NCBI RefSeq assembly: GCF_006345805.1
Contig: NC_042998.1
Coordinates: 105,958,001 to 106,022,000 of the forward strand
DNA length: 64,000 nt
Source: Octopus sinensis
Taxonomy: Eukaryota
Direction: 5' to 3'
In this document: one piece after another, positions 1-13,372 of the stretch
How positions within the stretch are numbered: position 1 is the first letter of the stretch
Layout: the number at the start of each line of letters is the position of its first letter
Position numbers and translations under genes: made by a program
The notes under the pieces: model-generated
Database searches by the model: none
What the model was told of the DNA's origin: nothing
Seen by the model: only the letters and a program-made list of their open reading frames with translations

Positions 1-330
1 ATGGATACTGCAATTAGCCAACTCTTCTATGCAGATTGACCCCCAGCTTTTCTTTGGCAAGGAAGAAGTGGTTGTGTTTCTGTGCCTGATGGCTATGGCA
101 GAGAAAGTTGCATGATGAACATAGATAAAAGGTTTAAGGACAAAGCTTTGTTCAGGTCAACATCACATTGACTGCTTCAAGTAATACTTGAAAAGAAAAG
201 AGAAGATAAATATAGAGGTGCTATTCTCCTATAAATCATATAAATCATATGAAACCAAGCCAAGAGGGGTGTAACTGACATGGCTAAATGTGAAAACTCA
301 ATCGATGCAACTGAAAATTGGTTACAAAAA
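1..330 (+). mobile_element. Tx1/L1-like LINE ORF2 C-terminal remnant (degenerate)
   Basis: Broken translation GKEEVVVFLCLMAMAEKVA..IKGLRTK resembles the C-terminus of Tx1-like ORF2 as I recall it; stops and frameshifts present. Confidence 0.4.
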
Positions 331-1183
331 CTTGAAGACGGCACTTGCTTTTGATGTTCCAAGATAGTCTAGGATTGTACAAGGAGGTAACCTGAGTCAT
401 CCTTTGTACTTTAAGGAACTTATTTTAGAAACAAGACATTGCATGATATAGTGAGGCATAAAAATTTATTAAGATACACATAATATGAATGTATACACAG
501 ATCTAATACAGAGAACTAATAAAAAAAGAGTTATAATTTAATGGAAGCATTACCTCCTGGATCAGCTCAGGGCTCCCCACAACTTCCTTTTTCTTTTTTT
601 TTCTTCTCCCATCCTTAATCCAGGTACCAAGTACCTTCTGATACAGTAATACCTTATACTCTACATAAAATATTTTAAATCATCTATGTGGTTACTCCCT
701 ACCATCCTTTCTCACCATTCTGGTTATTTTGTAGGTGGTGGAGAGAGGATTATTTTCGTTTTTGTTTGTTTTTTTTCATCATCCCTAGAAATTTGCTCTT
801 ACTCTTCCTTGCCTTCACTCCCCCATATCATCACAACATGAAAGAGTGATGAGGGACAGATTCCTATTTTCCTTTTCATATGTTTTCTAATCATTCGCTT
901 CTGGGGATAGGAACGAGAGGAAGATTTGTTACCATACTTGGATCTGTGACTGGTTGTTTTTTGGAGAACAGAACCCTCTGAGATCTGCTATTGTTGCTTT
1001 GGTCTCATAGTTTTTCTTTCTGTTCTCGATAGGTTACAGTTTATGAGGAGTCATAAGGATTAGCATATCCACACAGATCCCTGCCTAACAACATGTGGTT
1101 TCTGGTTAACTTGGGATTCACTGCTAGCTTAAACTGTGCTTCAAAGGTGAGAACAAAGTAAGGGTCAACATTACCTCCATATT

Positions 1184-1354
1184 CTTTTCTACTCTAGGCA
1201 AAATGCCTGAAATTTTGGGGGAGGAGGCCAGTTGATTACATCGACCCCAGTATGCAACTGGTACTTAATTTATCAACCCCGAAAGGATGAAAGGCAAAGC
1301 TGACCTTGGCAGAATTTGAACTCAGAACCCATGGCAGAATTTGAATTGAGAACG
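1184..1354 (-). mobile_element. 5'-truncated tRNA-derived SINE (short family) with 16-bp target-site duplication
   Basis: Body matches copies at about 3995-4195, 14830-15010, 15030-15200, 35690-35835, 56110-56290, 57130-57270 and 58020-58170. ACATTACCTCCATATT occurs at 1168-1183 and 1355-1370. Confidence 0.85.
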
Positions 1355-2097
1355 ACATTACCTCCATATTGCATTGACTTGGTATATTGTGGTACTAGAG
1401 TATTGTCAGGAGTATGAGATACCAGTGTTGTTTATTTCTTCATCCATTTTCAGTCATATCTACACATACTGTATCATAAGCTCCACTCTGACTGACAGAG
1501 GAGATACTGCTCTGCACATTGACAAGGGCTACTTCTAATTGTTCTCTTCAAGACATACCGAAACTTGTCCCACTCTTGGAAATGAAGAAATTGTAGACTT
1601 TTCTCTGTTCTCAATCTTGGATGAAGAGCACTAGAAAAGACACGCTATTCCCAGTTGCAAAATTCAACCAAGCAGTTTTGTCTTGGCTAGTTTTTCCAAT
1701 GTTTAGTATATGATTGCTACTGACAATGTTAAGAAGAAACAAAAAAGTCTTATTTTTTCAGTTTTGTTTATTTGGCAAAAAGTTTAAGTGCAACGTTGAT
1801 GTTGCTACTGTTGTTATTAACCTTGGAATTTTTCTAATTAATGTCACTATTTTCTGCCAAAAACTTATTATATTTTTTCCTTGTTGAATGTTTACATCCT
1901 ACTGTGTAATTAAATTTCTTTGTCTTTTCTTGTTTTTCTTGTTTTTGTTTTTTTTTTGTTAGTTTTCTTTGCTGTTGCATTCAATTCATCTTTTGGTGGG
2001 TGTTACAGAAAATTTTAAAAGCAAAATGGTTTTTCCCATCGACTACACTTGATAATTTTAAGGAATGAGAAGACACACATCTGTCCATAGCCAACAC

Positions 2098-2099
<2 letters not shown>

Positions 2100-2164
<65 letters not shown>

Positions 2165-2215
2165 GACAACAACAACAACAATAATAATAACAGCAACAGT
2201 AATAGTAATAATAAT
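2100..2215. repeat. (AAT)n/(AAC)n microsatellite
   Basis: Direct reading; explains the poly-Leu ORF 1981-2196. Confidence 0.95.
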
Positions 2216-2599
2216 TCTAGTTATAAATTACAGTTGAGACATAATAAATTAGAAGTTAACTGAATTTAAGAGCTTAGAAAATTTAGTTAACTATCTTCAT
2301 TCACACTTAAGTGAATAGAGATAGAAAAAAATTACCACACATAGAGAGAGGATGGAGTTTGATGCAAACACAGAAAGTTACAAGTAATAATAACATGACT
2401 AAAATAAATATATATAGCAAATGAAAGGAAACTCCATAGTGTAATAAGGAAGCTTGGAGGAAACCAAAAAGAAAAAAAGGGAACACCAGTTTGTGCATGT
2501 CACCTTCCTTCCTCACACACCTGATCAACAACCTTTGCTCATCCTTCACTTTTCCACATGTCTTGAAGAAGGGGGTCATAGCACTGAAATATAGAAATA

Positions 2600-3000
2600 T
2601 AAGGGCCTCTTCCTCAGAGTGAAAGGCAGATTGCATGATGCCTGTGTGCAAATAGCTATGCTGCACAGCAGTGAAACACAGGCTGTGACAGCTGAGGACA
2701 TGCGTAGGCTCGAAAGAAATGAAGCCAGTATGCTTCACTGGAGGTACAATGTCAGTGTGCATGCACAACAGAATGTAAGCATTTTGAGAGAAAAGTTGGG
2801 CATAAGAGGCATCAGATGTGGTGTGCAAGAGAGACGACTGCACTGGCAAGGTCATGTGATGGATATGGACAAGGACAGCTGTGTAAAGAAGTGCTGATCT
2901 CTAACTGTGGAGGGCCTGTGGTAGAGGTAGACCCAGGAAGACATGGGACAAGGTGGTGAAGTATGATGAGGTGGTGAAGCGTGAGAAGACCCATCAAGCC
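2600..3000 (+). mobile_element. RTE-clade LINE, 3' part of ORF2
   Basis: KGRLHDACVQIAMLHSSETQAVTAEDMRRLERNEASML...RRLHWQGHVMDM matches the RTE post-RT pattern (LY..CV...MLHGSETW...RRL.W.GHV). A second copy lies at 39700-40310 on the minus strand. Confidence 0.85.
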
Positions 3001-3029
3001 AAGTGAAATCATGGTCACGTTTGATGTTG

Positions 3030-3425
3030 GTGTCACATTATTGGCACTCGTGCCAGTGGCATGTAAGAAGCACCGTTTGAGCGTTGGGCCTCACAGAGTC
3101 AAGGTGACCAATGATGTTGGCACCTTTTGAGTGTTGGGCTTTGTGGAGGCAATGATGAATGACTGAGACTTTTGGCATTATGGCATGCTTGAGAAGAAAA
3201 CCTATCAAGCCAAGTAAAATTTTAGTCATGGCATATACTGGTGTCATGCAAATGGCACGTAAAAGCACCCATTACACCCTCAGAGTGGTTGGCGTTAGGA
3301 AGGACATCCAGCCATAGAAACCATGCCAAATCAAACTGGAGTCTGGTGCAGCCTTCCGGGTTGCCAGCCCTGGTCAAATCATCCAACCCATGCCAGCATG
3401 GACAACAGACGTTAAATGATGATGA
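3030..3425 (+). mobile_element. (GAT)n-tailed interspersed repeat, probably RTE 3' UTR or RTE-mobilised SINE
   Basis: Follows the RTE ORF directly and ends CCAACCCATGCCAGCATGG..CGTTAAATGATGATGA. Other copies at about 6690-7012(+), 13510-13680(-), 17330-17760(-), 26590-27000(-), 39100-39700(-), 45578-46105(+) and 59915-60105(+). Confidence 0.8.
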
Positions 3426-4828
3426 AGAAGGAAAAACTACTACTCTGTTTTGTTTCCATTTTTGTTGTAGTTTAACTTTATATCTTCTCACATTGTTTCA
3501 GCCTTACCCAATAAGTCTCTTTAATGTAATATCACACAATGCTTCACCAAAACTACAATATATCTATAGATTTGCAGCTAATGTTTTATGTTTATGTTTA
3601 AAAACATGTAAACACCTTCTCTGCAAACATAATAATTTCATGGACAGAAACTGAAATATTAGCTGGATTAGTTTCAATCCTGTGTTGGGATTTTATCAGC
3701 AACTGAATACTCTCTCCATCTATCCACAGTGATATCACTTATAAACCCATTAAGGCCTAGTTGTTTTTTTTTTAAATAAAGTACTTGTACAAACAGCTGT
3801 TTTATTTCAATGTTATATACTGCACTGCACTGATCTGTCCAATTTACTTAACCCATTTTGCTACCAAATTGTCTGTGACCAACCCTGATTGTATAATACA
3901 AGCAGTTTTAAAGAGATCTAAATTGAAATCTTCTCCAAAAATTTCATGCTATATTCCAAACACCAGCATAATACTCCTTTCTACTGAAGGCACAAAGCAT
4001 TGAAATTTTTGGGGAGGGGACTAGTTGATTACATCGACCCCTGTGTTTCAGTGGTACTTAATTTATCGACCCCAAAAAGACAAAAGGCAAAGTCGACCTC
4101 GGTGGAATTTGAACTCAGAATGTGAAGACAGACAAAATACCGCTATACATTTCACCTGGCATGCTAATGATTCTGCCAGTTCACTGCCTTAAGCACCAGC
4201 ATAATAATGACAAATTTACTTTACTACATTTTTCATTGTTTTCAAAATTAATTGAAACAAATGCAATGTATTTCTGTAAAAATATGGTAACAAACGATTA
4301 AAACCCTTTGTAACCGTAGGTTTATTAGTAGCATTTTTGTGGACAATTAAAGAGGGTTGTTGGTTACTGATAAAACCTCAATAAAGGATTGAAACTAGTC
4401 TAACTGAGCTTTCTTTTTCTGTCTACAAGGACAGGGAATGGGATGATTAGGTGCAGCTATTTGGGTGCTGGTGATTTTGCATGGTCCAGTAGACATAGAA
4501 CCTGTTCTTGCGACAGTACTTTTTGGCAACTATACGCACACACACACCTGTCCATGTTGACATATACATATATAAAGATAAAGAGAGGGAGAGACTAATG
4601 GTATATTATTGACATAAATACTTTTTCCTCTCCAGAAGAGAAACATGATCCCACACATACAGAGAGGAGGGGGGGAGAAACATTAAAATGAGAAACAGTT
4701 AAAGATCTAATATCAAATAAGTCAATGTCTGATGAGTGACACCAAGTATGCAGCAGTAAAACAGCTATGCCAAAACATCTCATATCTGCTTATACGTTCT
4801 AGATAAAGATATGTCTATACATACATAC

Positions 4829-5009
4829 AGGCACAGGCATGGCTGCATGGTAAGAAGCTTGCTTCCCAACCACATGGTTCCAGGTTCAGTCCCATTGTGT
4901 GGAATCTTGGGCAAGTATCACCTATTATAGCCTCGGGCCAACCAAAGCCTTGTGAGTGGATTTGGTAGGCAGAAACTGAAAGAAGCCCATTGTGTGTGTG
5001 TATGTGTGC

Positions 5010-5061
<52 letters not shown>

Positions 5062-5365
5062 GTGTGTGTGTGCATGTGTGTGTCTGTGTCTGTGTATATT
5101 TGTGTGTGGATTTAGTAGCTGGAAACTGAAAGAAGCCTGTCATATATGTGTGTGTCTGTGTCCATGTTTGTTCCCCACCACCACTTGACAACAGGTGTTT
5201 GTGTGTTTATGTCCTTGTAACTTAGTAGTTTGGCAAATGAGTCTGATAGAATAAGTACCAGGCTTTAAAAATATAAGTACTGAGGTCAGTACATTGGCTT
5301 AAAATAAATTCTTCTAGGAGGTGCCACAGGATTGCCACAGTCTAATGACTAAGACAAGTAAATGA
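4829..5365 (+). mobile_element. Long tRNA-derived SINE with internal (TG)n expansion
   Basis: Head GGCTGCATGGTAAG...GGTTCAGTCCC (A/B-box-like), body GTGAGTGGATTTGG..GAAACTGAAAGAAGCC, tail GATAGAATAAGTAC; same family as 44518-44935. Confidence 0.85.
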
Positions 5366-7369
5366 TAGGAAATAGAAAGTTAAATACAGTGTTGACTAAG
5401 AAAAAAATCTATTACTATACTTTGTAGAACAGAATAACACTGAAGCGATGTATAGCTGACATATTTAAATTCTTCTGCGTAAAGAAGCAATAAAATACAA
5501 ACTAGATACTCACAACACAGAAGAGAAAATAAAAGGAAAGGTGAAAAGAAACGACCAAAGACAAGCTCAGAAGGAAACGTTTTTGAAATATGTTAAGAAG
5601 AAAATGGGGAAAATAAACAATATGATGACCAATACATTGCAAGACTTGACAGTGAAGAAGTAAGAGTGAACAATGACACCGAAAGCTGTGAACTAAAAAC
5701 TGAAATGGTTGGTCTGGTCTCAACTGAACGAGATGTGGACCTCTGACCTTGTCTTGGAGAGCAACAACAAATCATCCGACTTTATGGCAGCATGGAGAGT
5801 GAGAGTAAAAGGATGATGATGATAATGATGGTGACAACAGTGATGATGATGATGATCACCACCACCACTACCATCCCCATTGCCACCTCCAACATCACCA
5901 CCTAACCCTAAAAATTCATAAGAACAATTGCAGACTGTACAATCAGCAAAATGAGACAAGAAACCACATCATTTTTGGTTACCCAGTCCTTACAAAGACA
6001 GAAAATATCCAGAGATGATGAAATCACTAATTTTATCAATTGGTCAATATACTGAAACTTTGATGTGAAAACTGATGATAGTAATAATGATGATGATGAT
6101 GATGATGATAACGATGACGATGACAACGATGGTAGCTGAGGTCACAGATGGTGACTTGTTATCCAATTCACCTAAATTCCATGTTAGGGTGAGATACAAA
6201 AAGTTTTGAAATATATAAATTGATAAATAAATAAATGACAATGATGATGATGATAATGACGATGATGATAACGATGAAGAGGATAATGATAATTGTTTCT
6301 AATTTAGGCACAAGGGCAGCATTTTGTGGAGTAGGGGTTAGTCAGTTATATTGACTGGTGCTTTATTTTATTGATCCCAGAGAGATGAAAGTCAAAGTCA
6401 ACTTTGATAGGATGTAAAGAACCAGAATAAATACTACAAGACATTTTTGTTTCTAATGATTTTCTAATGGTTCTGTCAGTGCACCAATAATAACTGGAGC
6501 ATTAGATACAATAGAGAATAACCCCAAAAATGCATACCATGACTCATAGCTCTCCACATAGAAATAGTCCCAAGGCACACATCTACATCATGCTCAAAAC
6601 TATTTTCATTTTAATGGTACAACTCTTGCACTGCACTTTCTGCACACAACAAACACAACAAATGTACAACATAATCATGATCGATTCCAGAGCCATGCCA
6701 GTAGAACATAAAAAGCACTGTCTGAATATGGCTAATGCCAGTGCCCCCCAACTGGCGCCCATGCTGGTGGCATGTAAAACACACTATATGAACCTGATCA
6801 ATGCCAGGGCCACCTGACTGGTTCCTGTGCTGGTGGCACATAAAAAGTACCCACTACACTCTTTGAGTGGTTGGTGTAAGGAAGGGCATCCAGCTGTAAA
6901 AACATTGCCAGATAAGATTGGAGCCTGGTACAGCCTCCTGCCTTACCAGCCCTCAGTCAAACCATCCAACCCATGCCAGCATGGATACCGGACGTTAAAT
7001 GATGATGATGATGAATCATCTCCCAATGTATAACTAGTTACTATACACTGCACATACTCTACATAATGATCACCCAATAAAACTGCATAACAACTGCTCT
7101 TACATAATCAGTTGTCAACAGTATGATGCTTTACATGCACCACCCACAACTCACACAGCTCTTATATTACACAAATGTCACCCTATAATATTACACAACC
7201 CAGACAGAACATACTTTATGGCAGGGGTTCCTAATCATCAAGCCACAGACCAACACTGAGCTGTGGATAATTTAGTTTCAGGCCACACAGAAAGAATTAA
7301 TTATTTAATTTTATTACTATTTCATTGACTATCACAGTTGGAAGGATGTTTCTGCATTGTATATTCTTT

Positions 7370-7631
7370 TATTCTTTCACTTGTTTCAGCCATTTGACTG
7401 TGGCCATACTGGTGTACCATCTTGAAGGGTTTTAGTTGAGGACTTATATTCTTTTACGCCTAATACTTATTCTATCGGTCTTTTTTGCTGAACTGCTTAT
7501 TTATGGGGATGTAAACACACCAACACCAGTTGTCAAGCAGTGGTGGGGTGACTAACACAGGCACAAAGACATTTACACATAAATATATACATACACGCAC
7601 ACACACACACACACATATGTATATATATATA

Positions 7632-7674
<43 letters not shown>

Positions 7675-7845
7675 ATATGTATGAGACAGGCATCTTTCAG
7701 TTTCCATCTATCAAATCTTCTCACAGGCTTTGGTTGGCCCAAGGCTATAATAGAAGATACTTGCCCAAGGTGCCATGCAGTGAGACTGAACCTAGAACCA
7801 TGTGGTTGAGAAGCAAGCTTCTTACCTCACAGTCACACCTGTGCC
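7370..7845 (-). mobile_element. Long tRNA-derived SINE with internal (TA)n/(CA)n expansion
   Basis: Reverse complement of the 44518-44935 family. Confidence 0.85.
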
Positions 7846-8098
7846 AATATATTATATGTGTAAAAACCAATATTATTATTATTATTATTAATGATCCCCA
7901 AAATATAAACACATTTGTGTTTGGTGGGGAGGCACTCTGAAGCCTGACCATATTTCAGGCATTACCAAAATGTAAATTTCATTGGAATACTTGCCAAAAT
8001 GGATTTTAATTACATGAGGACAACTTGCTCCAATACCTGGGATTAGACAAACAACAAAGAAAAATAAGTATAAAAAGACTACAGTTTGTTTTTACAGA

Positions 8099-8104
8099 TT
8101 TTAT
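8099..8104 (-). promoter_or_regulatory. Candidate poly(A) signal AATAAA
   Basis: Minus strand reads AATAAAatctgtaaaaacaaactgtag followed by a U/GU-rich stretch (tctttttatacttatttttctttgttgtttgtc). Confidence 0.3.
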
Positions 8105-8880
8105 TCTATTTGCTTAGTTTGACACATTTCACATTCAAGCTGTCTGACAGATACATCCACTGTACAAACCAAAATATTACAACAGCAAACAAATTATTCA
8201 TATAGTAATTGCTTTACAGTTAATTATGTCTTTTATTGTAATACAAACACAATTTTTACAGTAAGCACAATTCCTATAAATAAAACATTAGGTGGTAGAA
8301 TTTTATAGAATCACAGTGTCTCTTTGTTACAGAATCTAATCCAAAAGGGAGAGAACAAAAAAATAATGCATCTATGTCTTAAAAAGTAGAGAGAATTACC
8401 ATCAAAGCAGCAACTAGAATAAGTACTACAAGAAATTTTGAGAGAAATTCTCTCAATTCAAAGTAGGAAAAGCTGCGATACTGTCTGCTCTACTTCTGAG
8501 AATAAAGACTCAACCAAAACATCTGCTGAACTTTTTAAATACACCCCTTCCTATATACTTATGCTACACTATATGATGTAAAGAAATACAGAAGTGACAA
8601 TAAAAAATGATATGAATCCATGGCTGGTCATGACTTTTGTGTCATAGTGTGAGTGGGAGAGTGGTTAAAGAAGAGCTGAGAGAAAACGTAAAAACAGAAA
8701 GATCCAAATGGATTTGCAAGTCCTCATGTCCCCTGAAGACTATGGGCCATACTGGCGTTGTGCATAGTTAAGCACACTGAGACAAAGGGCATGAGATTGA
8801 TGATGCAGGGTAAAAAATTTAGTTGCTACATGTATTGTAATAAGAACCACTTTAGAGTTCTGGAGAATTAGAAATCTTAC

Positions 8881-8979
8881 GAAGAAGCAGCAGAGACCAT
8901 CAAGGCGGCAACACAAGCAGTAACCCAAGTTTTCAGAGCATTATCACTCACAACTTCAAAAATCTTGAAGAATTCAGCT
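8881..8979 (-). CDS. Candidate coding exon (99 nt, phase 2-2), unknown product
   Basis: Acceptor ttctcacttgtttctattcag, donor gtaaga; only one frame open (AEFFKIFEVVSDNALKTWVTACVAALMVSAAS); GC higher than flanks. No homolog recognised. Confidence 0.4.
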
Positions 8980-10059
8980 CTGAATAGAAACAAGTGAGAA
9001 GATACCCAGTCTCCTAATGATAGTAACCAGTAGCATCACTATTATTATGTCATAGTGAAGATATGATAGTTGAAGAGGGAAGTATTCAAACTGTGGGAGA
9101 AAATACAAAAATGAAAAAAAAATGGCAAGCACAAAGACAGAAAAGAGAAGAACAACTGAAATGGCTGAAGAGAAACAACTTCCTCAAAACAACAGAATAA
9201 TGATAAAAATGATGAAGAGGAAGAAGTAGAACTGAGATACAACATGCTTTAAAAGCTCAAACTGACAGCTAATAAACAAAGAATACAAATATGTGATACC
9301 ATGCATAAACTGCAAATGTAAAAACACAGGGGCACAGTTGTGATTGGAGTAGAGGAGACGCACACATTTCAAAGACATTACAAAATATAGAAAACATGGG
9401 TTGTTATTTGCTCCCTCCAACTCAAAAATGTTTAACTGACATATTATTATTATTATCATTATCATTATAATTAATATTATTTGTGCTGAATTAGATATGG
9501 ATGTGTTCATAAATCAGTTTTCAAAAAAATTATTAAAATTACATGCTAAACAGAACAGATTTTTGTGTAGACTTTGTTCATAAAGACATAAGATTCTTAT
9601 TTCTAGTATCATTTTCCATATTTGAAAAATATGACTATAATTCAACAAGAAACAAGCTTTCTTTTTTCTTCTTTTTTTATTTTGGTGCTTAGGCATTTAA
9701 AATATGGCAACTAAAGTTAGATATGTCTCCAAATTTTCAAGAGGAAAGAAGAAAAGAGAAAAAATGTATTGACAACTACAGACATTTATATTTTATAAAA
9801 TACAAAGAAAGAAATACAATTTTCATAGGCAAATACATCTTTTAACACAAATTTTTACACTATGACACACACAGAAGGAGTGTTAGACTAAGATTTAATG
9901 GAGAAAGTAACAACAAGCCATTTGCTTATGTTGCTGGCGATAAGAAAATTTTAAATATGATTCAACTAACAGGGTAAAGCATTAAACAAATACACAACCA
10001 AAACAAATGCATCTGCACTCAAGACTTTTATCCAAGAACTAGAGGAAGCAAGCAGCTTC

Positions 10060-10620
10060 ATCTTCCTTATAATCAAGGGAAGGAAGTTTCAAATGCCCTC
10101 AAGAGAAAATTTGGTGGCAGCACTGGCCAATGTTTGAGAAGATGTGGGAAAGACATATTATAATGTCTGCCTAGTTTTCAAAATTGAGGGTGAGGCAAAG
10201 TCACAAGCATAGTTGGTGCACCACAGACCTGATCACAGGATCGTTCCATACTATATTGGTCAGAGAAATAGAAGGAACATTGTCAGGGACATAAACAGTG
10301 ATGTTTATCCTTGACTTAATGTAACTATAGAGGTATAGCATGTGTTTCCCATCATGAGTGTAGAAGGAAAGGTAGTGAAACAGATTAAGGCAGAAAAGGC
10401 CTAGCTTCCATATATGTGGTAGTAAGAGCCATTTAAGAGCTTATTATCCCCAGGAACTGGAAAAGCAAGAAAGAGAGAAGCAGAGCCAACAACAACAAAA
10501 GCAGTAAACCTCCAAAGTTATTATTCTCAGAAAAAGAACCAGTTGCACCACTGGTTGCAGTTCTGAAGATGACTAAAGGAACCAAGAAGCCAAGCTCCAC
10601 TTTCAGTAATAATTCTCATT
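10060..10620 (+). mobile_element. Degenerate LINE ORF1 (Gag-like) remnant
   Basis: RPSFHICGSKSHLRAYYPQ near 10410-10470 resembles a decayed CCHC knuckle; many stops. Confidence 0.4.
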
Positions 10621-11799
10621 GTCTTGCAACAATAGAGATGAAATTGAGACTGCAGGGGTGATAAGCTGTCAACAACAGCTTAACATCTCAACAGTTGGGC
10701 ACAAAGCCACTACCCTCAATATTGCACACCTACTCAGTTAAGCGGTCTTGTTTTGCAAGTTACTTGGTAACCTCACTAATGTTGGTGCTTCAAGAAAAAA
10801 TACTAAGTAATCTATAGATATCATACCAAAGCAAATATTGAAGCTTAACACAGTCCTCTGATTCATCAGATCCTGTCAAACCAGCCAACCCATGCCAGTA
10901 TGAAACATGTATGTTAACTGATGGCACACATACACATACATATATATGTGCACATAAATACGTGGGTACATGCATGCCGTTGTCTGTAACTGCTTGACAA
11001 TGGGATTTGTTTGTAACTGCTTGTCCATGGGATTTGTTTGTTTAAGTTCTTATAATTTAGCAGTCCAGCAAAAATAAACTGATAGGATAAGTACTAGACT
11101 TAAAGTAAGGGCTAATTGGTTGCCCAAATCCATCAAAGCAGTGCCCCAGCATGGCAGTAGTCAAAAGAATAAAAGACTGTGATCAACATTTTAAAGCTAG
11201 TGTGGTTTACTTTCTTTTAAGTATTTAAAGCTACATTGTCAAATTGCCTTGTTTGTCAATGTGTGACTTGGCTTCATTTATTGGTATAACAACATCTAAA
11301 TATTTCAAGCATTTATTGATGTTTGTGATGTTTAAATAACTTTGGAAAAAGCAAAGTTGAGGAAGATTTTCATTTACTATCAGAGCTTATAAATTACAAG
11401 TAAATATATTTCTTTTGGTATAGATCAAATCAATATTAACCCAATCTTGTTCAACTATTCTTTTTAAAGAGAAAACTGCACAAATTTTACTTCAATAACA
11501 CTAGTAAAAAAATTCTTTCCTTTAAGAAATTGGTGTTGATGTGCTTAGCCAAGGTCAATCCCAATTGATGAGACAGTTGATCAAAGGTATATAAGCTAGG
11601 ATCACTCCAACTTCCCCACCAGAAAGAGTGCACCCAGAAGCACTTCATACAATGGGTCATTCCAAAAGTAAGATGGTACGGTGTTGTTTGAGGGAGATTT
11701 GGCTGCTATTTCCAGCAAGTTACATGATCACAAAACATTTGTACTTTCATTATTTCTCCCATTTTGTTTCTAGGATGTAGCAATCCTTTCTTGAATATA

Positions 11800-11980
11800 C
11801 TATTCTTTGAAACTTCTCCATTTATTCTTGTCTAAACCAGTCTTGTACTTCTTATCTCTTCCATATAACATTCTTTTCTATCTACTCTACTTTCTCAATC
11901 CCTAGGAATCCATTTTATATAGTCTTTTTCATCCATCTATTGTCCCCCATTCTTTCTAAGTGACTTGTCCATCCATGAGA
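11800..11980 (-). mobile_element. RTE-like LINE remnant
   Basis: Minus translation WTSHLERMGDNRWMKKTI.WIPRD resembles the RTE W.GHVAR..DNRW.K....W.PR motif. Confidence 0.5.
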
Positions 11981-12033
11981 GATTTTGCTTGTTTTTTTTA
12001 TTATAGATAACTAGAGAGAAAAGGAAAACTTAC

Positions 12034-12188
12034 AGTCTATTTAAACACTTGTATAACAGAAAAAGAAGTAACTGAATATTAACTATGAAGAGAGAAAAAA
12101 TTGTTACCATAACACTATTTACTATGGCACTGGACACGGTAGGAATATTTTGGATAATTAGAAATATAAAAGAAAAAAATGCCTTGCA
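12034..12188 (-). CDS. Candidate coding exon (155 nt, phase 0-2), hydrophobic
   Basis: Acceptor tttttgttttttcttttaatag, donor gtaagt; open frame CKAFFSFIFLIIQNIPTVSSAIVNSVMVTIFSLFIVNIQLLLFLLYKCLNR; phase matches the 8881-8979 exon. T-rich sequence can mimic hydrophobic coding. Confidence 0.35.
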
Positions 12189-12267
12189 CTATTAAAAGAA
12201 AAAACAAAAATATTTCCACATTTATCATGCTGATATTTTCAGACTGGCTATCTGGAGCTAAAGTCAC

Positions 12268-12350
12268 CTTATAATAAAAATTACTCTTGTCTGAAGTGAT
12301 TATTAGACTTTTACGAGGGTTAATCATCTGAAGACATTCAGCTGATAACG
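12268..12350 (-). CDS. Candidate coding exon (83 nt, phase 1-0)
   Basis: Acceptor tttttgtaaaatacag, donor AAG|gtgact; single open frame LSAECLQMINPRKSLIITSDKSNFYYK; a 79-nt intron to 12188 preserves frame. Confidence 0.3.
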
Positions 12351-13211
12351 CTGTATTTTACAAAAACAAAAAAATTTCACCGTGGTGTGGTCGTGATATT
12401 TGGTTAATGATAGCAAAGTCTTGGTTCTCTACCATTAAAATGTAAATATCAGATTGAATTATCCACACTTCTTACACATCAAATAAATAATATTTTATGT
12501 TTTTTACAAGTCTTGGCACTCACAGATTTTCAAAATATATTATTAATGAGCTCGTAATTTTCTTCTTTTGACAAAGTCATTAATAATGGTTTTCTTGAAA
12601 CAATTTACAGAAAAATCCTCACTGAAAGTCATAGTCTGAAAGATGGCTTTTTATGATGGCAACTTTACATTTTATTTTGTTTTAATGTTCTTCAATATTA
12701 TCTTTGATTGGATGCTTGAATGGTTGTTTTTTTCAAATTTATAGCATTGCACAAGTTGTTTGTTTTTTTCTTTGGTTTTTTTTTAACCATCTTTTTTTTT
12801 TACATTATGACATCTTACCTAACACTGATCAGTCAGCCATGAACTAAATGTGCTTACATAATTTCAGCTTGAGTAATTATTTCTTACCTATGGGCACAAT
12901 GCAATGCAGAAGATAATGGATACATATAATAGACAAATATAACTGATGTGGAACTCATATAACATCGAGCCAATATTTCATGGACATCAATTTGGTCTAA
13001 AACCAAAGACAAATTTTATAGGTGGCAAAGGTCAACAGGAGTCAAATTAACTGATAATTAATAATCCAAATTCATAGACGTGTGACAGAGATGATATAAA
13101 TGATAGAGTAATACTAGACAGTTCACAGTAGAATATTCATAACCTTGTATTTGTTATTGAAGCAGCATATTTATACACACACACACACATAAATATGCAT
13201 ATATAGATGCA

Positions 13212-13314
<103 letters not shown>

Positions 13315-13319
13315 ATAAC

Positions 13320-13372
13320 GGGAAGCTTTATGAAAATAAACAAAAGACGAAGGCAGGTGGAAAACAAACGTA
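13320..13372 (-). mobile_element. PLE pLTR end fragment embedded between two (TA)n tracts
   Basis: Matches the reverse complement of about 50573-50637, the tail of an HHR-bearing unit. Confidence 0.6.

Noticed and set aside
4729-4790. CTGATGA as a possible hammerhead core
   Set aside because: No GAAA and no convincing stem II or III in this copy.
7620-7680. Single-base phase breaks (TT or AA) inside many (TA)n tracts
   Set aside because: Most simply slippage or consensus indel errors; not assessable without reads.
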